DNA of 64,000 bases from Heteronotia binoei (lineage: Eukaryota): positions 90,706,001 to 90,770,000 of the forward strand of contig NC_083223.1 in NCBI RefSeq assembly GCF_032191835.1, written 5' to 3'. Positions 52,509 to 61,414 of the stretch are shown one piece after another. Numbering within the stretch: position 1 is the stretch's first letter; every line of letters begins with the position of its first letter. Below the pieces are notes generated by a model. That model made no database searches and was not told the origin of the DNA. It saw only the letters and a list, made by a program, of their open reading frames with translations. A program made the translations under genes and the position numbers.

Positions 52509-55500
52509 TCAGCGAGAAGCCTCCTGAAGAACAGCACGGCCCACTAATGAACGCCTACGCCAGTTCAGGTCCAACGCGTAGTGTTTTACAAACGTATGCG
52601 AAGAGGACCACGTGGCAGCGTCGCAAATGTCTCTCAATGGTACCCCTCTCATGAAAGCCACAGAAACTGCTAGGGCTCTAGTAGAATGAGCTCTGATCTG
52701 CCTCAGCAGGGGTTTCTTATTTAGCAAGTAGCATAGTCTTATCGTCTCCGTTATCCATTTAGAGATTCGCTGTGACGAAACTCTAGCACCTTGCGATGCT
52801 GAGGAGTACGAGACAAAGAGTCTAGAGTCCTTACGCCCCGATCTCACTCTATGCAAGTAGAACGAGAGCGCCCTCTTCACGTCCAAGGTATGGAGTTTTC
52901 GCTCCAGGTCCGCACTGGGATTGGGAAAATATATAGGTAGGCATATTTCCGAGTTCAGGTGGAAGGCAGACGTTACTTTCGGGAGGAAGGCAACGTCAGG
53001 GCGCAACCATACTCCTTCAGCACTGAATTTCAAATACGGGTCATCACAACGTAATGCTGCCAACTCGCCTACCCTACGAGCGGAAGTAATAGCCACCAGA
53101 AAAGCTGTCTTCCAAGATAACAGTTGCAGGGAACATGTTGCCAAGGGTTCGAAGGGTTTCCCTGTCAAGGCCTGTAACACACCGGGCAGGTCCCAGGCTG
53201 GGGCAGGGTCCCACACCACTGGGTACAATCGCAGGAGACCCTTGAGGAACCGTTTGGTGTCAGGATGTGAGAACACTGAGTGGCCTTCCAGCTGTTCGTG
53301 GTTAACTGATATCGCTGCCAAATACACTCTCACTGAAGATACAGACAGACCTTTATCTAGCAATGAGAGGAGAAAGTCCATGATCAACGGGAGGCCAGCT
53401 GTTCTCGGCTCTCTGCCCATCTCAGTCACGAATTGGGCGAACCTCGTCCACTTGTACTCATAGGACTTCCTGGTGGAGGCCTTTCTACTGTTCAGCATGA
53501 CGTGTAGGGCTCTGTCAGACAACCTTGTCACTCCAGCTTCCAAGCGGTCAATTTCAAGTGAGGCACGTCGTGGTGAATCACTCGGCCTTCGTGAGACAAC
53601 AGAAGATCCGGTCTCATCGGGAACTGGTGAAACGTTCTGCAGGACAGCTTCAACACCAGGGCAAACCATTGTTGTCTGGGCCACCACGGCGTAATGAGGA
53701 TTCCCCTGGGGCGTTCGCGGTAAACTTTGTGAACTACCCTCGTTATTAGAGGGATTGGTGGAAACAGGTACACGTGTCTGTGAGTCCAGGAAATCAGCAG
53801 TCCATCTCCCAGGGACAGTGGGTCTGCGCCTCACCTGCAACAAAACCTCTTGCATTTCGAGGTGCTGCGCGTAGCAAACACATCCACTTCCGGCGTACCC
53901 CATTTCTGAAACACCAGTTGAAGGAACTCCCAATTGAGTTCCCACTCGTGGAGAGCAGCTCCTCCGCGACTGAGGTAGTCTGCACAGGCATTTAGATTGC
54001 CCGGCAGATGGGCTGCAACCAGAGTCGTGTTCAATTCTCTGCAAACTTCCCAAATTCTCAATGCCAGGAAGCATAACTTCCTCGAGACTGTGCCCCCTTG
54101 TCTGTTCACGTAAGCTAGGGCAGTGGTATTGTCTGTCAAGACCGCCACTGTCCTTTCTGCGATCAAGGGCCGAAACGAAAGAATGGCATGATGGATTGCC
54201 AATAGCTCCAGAAAGTTTATGTGGTACTGCAGAAGCTCCTGAGGCCATTTGCCCCCCATGCACATGCCGTTTACATGCGCTCCCCATCCCCATAAGGACG
54301 CATCCGTTGTTATGGTCAGCGAGGGGGATTCCTTGTGGAAGGGAGCTCCCTGGAGAAGGTTCTCCTTCTCCTGCCACCACGACAGGGTCCAGAGTACTGC
54401 TCCTGGGACCGTCAGTTTGCAAGACGGAGGGTCTGTTTGGCAGTTGAAAGTTCGTAGAAACCACAGTTGTAATATTCGCATGTGGAATCTGGCAAACCGT
54501 AGGACCGCTGTGGTTGCTGCCATCAAGCCCAGGAGTCGTTGGACTTGGAACGCGGTGACTGGAGAGCCTGTTAGAAACACCTGCACTAGCGATATAATAT
54601 CTTCCGCCCTCTGTGACGGAAGAAATGCCCTGCAGGCCTGTGAGTCCAAGATGGCCCCTATGAACTGCACCCTTTGGGAGAGTTGCAGCGCGGACTTCTT
54701 TAAGTTGACCTGCAGGCCTAGGTTCTGTAGGAGGGTCAGGGTGACCTCTATATGCCATAACAGGAGAGGTTTGGAGCTCGCCACTAGCAGCCAGTCGTCT
54801 ATATAGGGAAATATGGTAATCCCCTGCAGACGTAGATGTGCTGCTACCACCACCATAGTCTTTGTAAAAACCCTCGGCGCTGTAGAGAGGCCAAAAGGCA
54901 AGGCCTTGTACTGGTAGTGGGCGTTTCCTATGGAGAACCTGAGGAACTTCCTGTGGGACTGATGTATGGTTATGTGAAAGTAGGCGTCCTGCAGATCCAG
55001 CGTGGCCATCCAATCCCCTCGGTTGAGTAGAGGTAGGATGTTTGGCAGGGAGATCATTCTGAATTTTTGGTGTGGTATGAAAGAATTCAGGCCTCGGAGG
55101 TCCATGATGGGTCGAAGGCCCCCATCCCTTTTGGGGATGGTAAAGTATCGGGAGTAGAAGCCTTGGCCCACTTGGCTGGACGGAACTGCTTCGACTGCGT
55201 CTTTTTGAAGGAGAGATTGGACCTCTGCTTGTAGAGTGGGGGACGTCGTGGTGTGAATGACGGTAGGAACTGTAGGATTTTCTCGAAATTCGATTAGATA
55301 ACCCAGCCGGATTATCGCCAAAACCCATTTGTCTGTAGTAATCGAGGACCATGCCTGGAAATAAGGGAGAAGTCTGGTATGGCCCTGGTTGCTGGGGAGG
55401 GGGGGGGGGAAGGGAAAAGGCAGTCAAAGGCCCTGTTTGGGTGGTCTGCTCCCCTTTTGCCTGGATGACTGTGCTGAAGTTGGGGAGTACTTTGGTTTTT

Positions 55501-55547
55501 GGCCATATGATGGTTTGGAATAGGTTGCCGAACCTTTTGGTTTCCAT
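52509..55547 (-). CDS. DIRS ORF3, 1012 aa open frame. Tyrosine recombinase domain in the last 329 aa (52509-53498); the N-terminal part overlaps ORF2 in another frame.
   Basis: Catalytic motifs SARRVGEL (R), HSTR (HxxR) and ATWSSSHTFVKHY (W...Y) are intact. True start uncertain. Confidence 0.88.
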   Translation of the reverse strand: METKRFGNLFQTIIWPKTKVLPNFSTVIQAKGEQTTQTGPLTAFSLPPPPPQQPGPYQTSPLFPGMVLDYYRQMGFGDNPAGLSNRISRKSYSSYRHSHHDVPHSTSRGPISPSKRRSRSSSVQPSGPRLLLPILYHPQKGWGPSTHHGPPRPEFFHTTPKIQNDLPAKHPTSTQPRGLDGHAGSAGRLLSHNHTSVPQEVPQVLHRKRPLPVQGLAFWPLYSAEGFYKDYGGGSSTSTSAGDYHISLYRRLAASGELQTSPVMAYRGHPDPPTEPRPAGQLKEVRAATLPKGAVHRGHLGLTGLQGISSVTEGGRYYIASAGVSNRLSSHRVPSPTTPGLDGSNHSGPTVCQIPHANITTVVSTNFQLPNRPSVLQTDGPRSSTLDPVVVAGEGEPSPGSSLPQGIPLADHNNGCVLMGMGSACKRHVHGGQMASGASAVPHKLSGAIGNPSCHSFVSALDRRKDSGGLDRQYHCPSLREQTRGHSLEEVMLPGIENLGSLQRIEHDSGCSPSAGQSKCLCRLPQSRRSCSPRVGTQLGVPSTGVSEMGYAGSGCVCYAQHLEMQEVLLQVRRRPTVPGRWTADFLDSQTRVPVSTNPSNNEGSSQSLPRTPQGNPHYAVVAQTTMVCPGVEAVLQNVSPVPDETGSSVVSRRPSDSPRRASLEIDRLEAGVTRLSDRALHVMLNSRKASTRKSYEYKWTRFAQFVTEMGREPRTAGLPLIMDFLLSLLDKGLSVSSVRVYLAAISVNHEQLEGHSVFSHPDTKRFLKGLLRLYPVVWDPAPAWDLPGVLQALTGKPFEPLATCSLQLLSWKTAFLVAITSARRVGELAALRCDDPYLKFSAEGVWLRPDVAFLPKVTSAFHLNSEICLPIYFPNPSADLERKLHTLDVKRALSFYLHRVRSGRKDSRLFVSYSSASQGARVSSQRISKWITETIRLCYLLNKKPLLRQIRAHSTRALAVSVAFMRGVPLRDICDAATWSSSHTFVKHYALDLNWRRRSLVGRAVLQEASR
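53528..55423 (-). pseudogene. DIRS ORF2: reverse transcriptase, RNase H and DAM-like methyltransferase domain. No own N-terminal ATG; one internal stop.
   Basis: WSSITTDKWVLAII, LDLQDAYFHI, LPFGLSTAPRVF, YIDD (54794-54805); RNase H TTDAS/NFLEL/TDN/ADYLSR; MT-like VDVFAT...YLFPP. TGA at 53831-53833, with the same frame continuing to 53528. Confidence 0.93.
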
Positions 55548-57669
55548 TGCTGTTCAGAGGATTGTTTGGGAAACTGTTTCTTGCTCCACTGCTTGCTCCA
55601 GGTACGTTTACCCTGAGATCTAGCTGAGATGGGGACTCCGAGATTCCGTGATGTTCTGATACTTTTATCCATCTCTTGTAATACAGAGTCGGTATTGGAG
55701 CTGAATAAGCCGTTCCCATCGAAAGGGAGGTCTTCGACATAAGACTGTGTATCCGGCTGGAGTGCCGTCGATCGCAGCCACGAGTGGCGACGCAGAGTAA
55801 TCGCTGAGGTAAGTGTCTTCGCTGAGATGTCACCAGCGTGTTTTGCAGAGTTGATTTGCTGCTTGGCTAATGTTATGCCTTCTCTCTGGATCTTTTTCAT
55901 TGCCTGCCTGGTTTGTTCTGAAAGGTCTGGTAAATTCGACAGTTGCTCCCAAAGGGCATACTGGTAGCGCCCCATGCATGCCCCATAATTCGCGACCTTC
56001 ACTCCAAGTGAGCCCGCAGTGTAAAATCTTCTGCCCAGATTGTCCAGCTTCTTCCCCTCTTTGTCTGGGGGGGAAGCGTGAGTCTTTCTCGCTTTCGAGG
56101 ACGAAGCTACTACAACAGAGTTTGGTTTCGGATGGTTAAACAAAAACTCTGCTGTGGCCTCCTGGACACGATACATGTGATCCAGTCTACGGGAGCTTAT
56201 CGGGGTCGATGCCGGTTTGTCCCAAGATGCCTTGGCAGTATGGAGCATGACCGTCGTAAGGGGTAGGGCGACAACCGTCGAGGTGTCTAATTGGACTATG
56301 TCAAACACGTTGTCGGTTACTATCGGCTTGGGTTGAACCGTCGATAGCGATAGAGTTTGGGCCATCCTTTTAACTAAATCCCCATAAGATTTCAGATCCT
56401 CAGAGGGGGATATAGGTTGTTCATCCCCCACTTTGTTCGATGGAGCCGGCTCCTCTGGGGAGGAAGTGCCCTGATCCTCCTGAAGTGAACCTTCATCCGA
56501 TTCGGGGAAACCCTCTCTCGACTCCGAGCGCTCAGAGGAATGCTTAGGAGTCTCCGGGGCTTTCAGTGACTCTTGGGTCTTACGCCGTTCCGCGCTCCGC
56601 GAGCCCGGCGAGGTCTTTTGTCTCTTGGGAGAAGCAGTGGTCGTCGGTCTCGACATCGATGCCGAGGGCGCGTGTCGTGGGGTCCGGTATGAGGTGCGGT
56701 ATGAGCTTCAGATTGTTGGTCCCAGTCTAACTGCCTCGGGGGGAACCACGGGAACATGGAGGGCATCGGACAGGACCCGTATAAGTATTGCCACTGTCTC
56801 TGATCCCAGGACATTGGTGGCAGTGGTTTTCGGAGCGGAGAGGGCTCTCTATGGAGGGACCTCTCTTCAGAGTCTCAGGATCGGTGTCGATGCCGAAGGC
56901 TGTTGTCGTCTTTGCGTGGGCTGTCTGGGTAGTCTCGTCTGAAAACTCCGCGTTGAGGTGTGGTAGACCGACCTCTGTTTGGGCTATGGCCTCGTTGACT
57001 CCCGGGACTGACCGACGGGGCTCAGACCGGTGACCGGGACCGAGCAGATTCTTCCACCGTATGCATCTCAAGAGGGCTATCTTTTGTCCCCGATCGTTGA
57101 GTCAAGTCCAAATCGCGATCGGAGTCCGAAGAGATGGCGATTTGCGTGGACATCGAAGCCAGCACCGGAGGGCTTAGTCGGCGGCGAGGTGAAGCAAAGG
57201 GCTTCAAAGGTGGTATCTTAGCTGCCGATTCCGGTGGTGACGTCGGGAGCGAAGTTGTGGCCGACCGGTGTTTGTCGGACTTCTTCTTCTTCTTTGCTCC
57301 CGACTGAGAACCCTTCTCCTCCCTTGGCCGTTTTGCAGGAGTGGAGGAGTCCGACTTAGATGCCGACCCCGTTCTTGTGGGGTGATTGGCGTCGGAAGGG
57401 GCTTTGTCGGTAGCGACCGACTCCAATGCCGACGGCTTGTGCATCGCCGTCGACACCTTTTTAGGCGATAGCGCCTTTTCCATTAGCGCTGCTGCTAAGC
57501 GACCAGCTCGGTTCTTCTTTGCCTGGCAGGAAAACTTCGGGCAGTGCGCACAGGCGTCCGGAATATGGGTTTCTCCCAGACAGAAGAGGCAAAGGGTATG
57601 CTCGTCAGGGGGGGCGATCTTGCTGCCGCAGTCCGCACACCTTTTGAAAAATCCCCACCGCTTTTCCAT
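55424..57669 (-). pseudogene. DIRS ORF1 (gag-like; N-terminal C/H zinc finger, S/R/P-rich linker, LAP2alpha-like C-terminal domain), disrupted
   Basis: Starts MEKRWGFFKRCADC...H..C..C....H....C..C. In-frame TGA at 57022-57024 and 56875-56877, and a frameshift near 56700-56745. C-terminal 410 aa open (55424-56656). Confidence 0.85.
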
Positions 57670-57896
57670 GCGGGGAGAGTGGGCACTGAGGGAGATGGAG
57701 GGGGGGGAAAAGGCGGGAAAACGGGCTGAAAGGGAAAATCCTTTAAGAAGTCCGGTTCCCTCGCCCCCAAATCCTTAAAGAAATTGTAAAGTCCGAATAA
57801 AAGTCCGAGTAAAGTCCTAACAGAGTTCAAAGAGTAACAACGCAACTTCCAAGAAAGGGTTCTACCGACCGTGGTGAAGATCGACTGATCCGAACG

Positions 57897-58053
57897 GCGG
57901 TCAGAAGAGAACTGGCGGGATGTCTGCTGCGGTCCCTGTGAGCATGCGCGGTGGGGCTTCTGCGCATGCGCACTGGGTCCGCGGCGCGGAAATCCGCAGC
58001 TTTCAAGAATACCGATCGAGATCGGCGCGGGCGCCTATATCCCATCAGTGTGA
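57897..58053 (-). repeat. DIRS 5' (left) inverted terminal repeat, shared part. The element 5' end extends to 58076.
   Basis: Inverted copy of 52164-52319 with 2 substitutions and one 1-nt indel. Confidence 0.95.
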
Positions 58054-58390
58054 TGCACAGAGACCACGAAGAAGATCATTTGTTGTATCTTAGGAAAGGA
58101 ATATTAATCTCCTTATAGGACAAACAATGAAAAAGAATAAATTATGACATACTACCCAATAAATCAAGAATGTCATTTGCAGAGGGATGCTCTATTTTTA
58201 CAACCACTGCCCATCCCCCCCCAAAAAAGCTCCCATGAGAGAGAGAATATGGTGAAAACTGTCATATTCATAAAGTTAGGGGTACATATGAATGGCCTGT
58301 CCTTTAGAACAACTTCCATATAGCTGCACTGAAAGAAAACTCTACACTGCTCTTTCTGACAAGGGATCTAAAAACAGCTATAAAGGTTCT

Positions 58391-58560
58391 GACCTGGACA
58401 GGCCAGGCAAGCCCAATCTTGTCAGATCTGAGAAGCTAAACAGGGTTGATTCTGGCAAGCACTTGGATGGGAGACCTCCTTGGAATACCAGAGCCTGGAA
58501 GGCAGGTAGGGTTTATTCAGCCACCTCTTTGAAATCCTCCATGCCCCCAATAGAGGTCAG
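58391..58560 (+). mobile_element. 5S rRNA-derived SINE, degenerate
   Basis: gcccaatcttgtcagatctgagaagctaaacagggttgattctggcaagcacttggatgggagacctccttggaatacc is 5S-like. Confidence 0.7.
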
Positions 58561-58862
58561 ACATCCAGGTGCACACACACATTCACACACAAAAAACCCC
58601 ACAAAGAAATTGAAAGAAAAACAACTAAAAGGTACAGGAGATTCTTCTTTTCCTTCTTTAGGAGTACAGAGCTCACATAAGATTTCACTAAGATCACACT
58701 TTTCTCTAGAAACAAATCTGTAACCATACATTCATTTTATTACTCTACAGAATGTTTTAGTATAATAACAAAGATCAGTAACAACCTATTTCCATCCCAT
58801 AACAGGGCTGAGGACTCCGTATTTGGGAATCATATGCATGCTTTTGAACTTTAAGAACTTAC

Positions 58863-58934
58863 CATTACACAGCTACCCAGGCTGAGGTGCTGAAGTTCTG
58901 AACAGAAGTTTAGAATGCTGAGCATTGCTGTTTG
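58863..58934 (-). CDS. FBXL4: FBXL4 72-bp coding exon (phase 0/0)
   Basis: Manual translation: ggcag|[24 protein letters not shown]|gtaagt. Joins in phase to IEDYD of the 47848-48160 exon. Confidence 0.95.
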
Positions 58935-60563
58935 CTGCCATTGGGGAACACATCAGAAGCAAATATAGAAAGCAAAACAAAGAGAAAGGGTCAATTAGAC
59001 ATTAAAGGCTGTCACTGCTTTCCCTGAAATTCATCTCAAAACCTAGGTAACAGACACCGCAAATGCCATTTAATGAGTCCCCAGATGATCCAACCATTGA
59101 TTGGCTTAGAGTCAAGGTAATCATTACAAGCCTTTATATAATAAGTCACTCTGGATGTGGTTTTGCATGCCCTAAAGACACCTTTATTCCCATGACCTAT
59201 CAGTTCATTTCCCTTAGGAAAGCTCTTAGAAGTCTGGTAAGTTCAAACAACAAGCAAGGCCAAACCAAAAACATAAAGGGCTGGTGACATCCTGGAAAAG
59301 TGCAGCATCTCTGACATTCACTGATCGGCTACAGCCTGATGGAACTGCCAATAGAGTCATACATTATAAGGATCGAGCTGGTGACTTTAATGTCACAGGA
59401 TTCTCTTGCTGACAAGTATACTGACACCCTTGAGCACCTGTCACTGTCCACATACAGATGGAAAGAAATATAACGTGCACTTTACAGTCATGTTTCTGCA
59501 ATGTTAAATGTGGCCACACTGATTACAGTAAAGTACTACATCATTAAAACAAAGTAAATCAGGATCTACCAAAATATCAAATCCACCTTGCAAATTGGTA
59601 CCTTTTGTTTAACAAGAGTACTGAAATGTCATTTATTCATACATACACTACCCCATTCAAAATTAGCATAATTCCAAAATTAAACACACACACACTGTTC
59701 AGCTTGACTTTCAGTCCAGAAACACTATGATTGAATGGATAAAAAATGACCTGGGAACCAGCAGAATTACAGAGAAAAGTTTTAAATGCTTAATTTCTAA
59801 TACTGTATAAAAATTATCTCTCTATTTGTTACACTTACTATAAACCTGGCAAGTTTTATACATGTTCCCTTGGAAGATTTATAGTATTTATACAAGACTC
59901 CTATTCAGTTCTTACTAAAAAGATAAATACAAGAAAAGCATCTGATTGCTAACCATTTGCCAAGAACTTTATTTAAACACTGTTTAACTATCTGGCAATC
60001 TAAGGTGAAACATTTGAGCCAGGATATCTGTTTGCAATATCAGGGTAATATCATGATCTGTAATGTTGTGCTGGCATAACAACAAGAGCATCAGCTAAAA
60101 AAAATTACACAGATAATTGTAGGTACTGATAACCTTGTTAGAAGTTAAATAGTGATTTGCCATTTTTTCCAAGTAAACACTGAAATTCAGCATCCAGACA
60201 TACGTTGTATGATCCTCTTCAACACTGCAGTCTTTATAGATCATTATTATTGATTAATGACACAAATGAGTCCTGACTGAACTTCTTTTAACTTACAGAC
60301 AAGATGAGTGAATAGGTTTAGTCTCTAGAGAATTCCAGAAAATTATAGAGAAAGAGGAAAAGGGCAGAAACTAACTAAACTATTTTTATTTAATACTGAA
60401 GAGCTTTCCAATATCTGTACATTTAATAAGTATTGTAATTATGCATAATGTACAGTTACAGGCATACTAATGTTATTTGAACTAATTTCATAACCAAAAC
60501 ACAAACAAACATACACAGCCTTCTATAATTCAAAGATAACTGCCACAGAAAATGTATAGTGCA

Positions 60564-61342
60564 TAGGCTTCCCAATCCCCAGGTCCCAGCGGGAGATCCC
60601 CCGGTTTTACAGGCTTCCCCCCACCCCCAGCCAGCTGGGAGGCAGGGGGAAGACATGCCCCCACAGCCACCACTACCTCTAGATTTCTCACAGGTTAAGA
60701 AACCTGCAAACAGGTCCCATTTTAAAATGCCTCTTTGTGTGTGTGCGCCCCTTTAAAGTTGAGCAGGAAGCAGGAAGTACTTCATGGGAAAGGGTCAGAA
60801 GCAGAGCCTCTGTTTGTTTTGCTTTCATTTCACAACAAGTAGAAGTGTGTGCATGTGAGAGAAAAAGAGAGCAGCGTAGCCCTTGTAATTGTCAGATGTC
60901 GTTGTGGAGGAACTAGACCCAGAGAGAGAGAGTACTTTTCAGAAGTCTTTGTAGGGGAGGCAGAGTCTTTGGGATACAGCATTTTGGCTGCTTTTTGTGT
61001 GTTTACACTTTCATGGGATAGAGGAAAACTCCACCTCTCTCTCTTTTGTTTGCCTGTGTTAGTTTGAAGAAAAGCAGTTCCTGTGAGTAAAGCCCCAGTG
61101 AGATCACAAAAATGTGAACTTGCAAACTCTGTGCATTTTGGCTGCTTTTTGTGTGTTTACACTTTCATTTACTAGAATTGCAGCTATTGGGGGATGAGGA
61201 AATGGTGACTATTCAGGTGAACTGCATTGCTGTATTTTTATGCATTTATTTTGGAAATGGAAAAGTCTGGCTCCGCCCCAAAGTCTCCCGGCTCCACCCT
61301 CAAAGTCCCTAGATATTTTCTGAATTAGACTTGGCAACCCTA
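60564..61342. mobile_element. Non-autonomous TAGGGTTGCCAA-TIR hAT-type element (779 bp), opposite orientation to the 50400 copy
   Basis: TIRs taggcttcccaa / ttggcaacccta. Perfect 8-bp TSD ATAGTGCA at 60556-60563 and 61343-61350. Confidence 0.9.
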
Positions 61343-61414
61343 ATAGTGCATTATTCCAGATAACCTGAAATTTGGAAGTCTAGTTTCCACCTAGCCTGGT
61401 CTTTTCTTCTATAG

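Larger units (their letters stand above)
52113..58076 (-). mobile_element. Full-length DIRS1-type tyrosine-recombinase retrotransposon (5964 bp), sense orientation in an FBXL4 intron
   Basis: gag-like, RT/RNase H/methyltransferase-like and tyrosine recombinase ORFs. Inverted terminal repeats plus an internal complementary region matching both termini. No TSD seen. Confidence 0.97.

Noticed and set aside
52921-57778. Plus-strand ORFs of 100-185 aa inside the DIRS element
   Set aside because: Antisense shadows of the GC-rich double-coding region, with no motifs.
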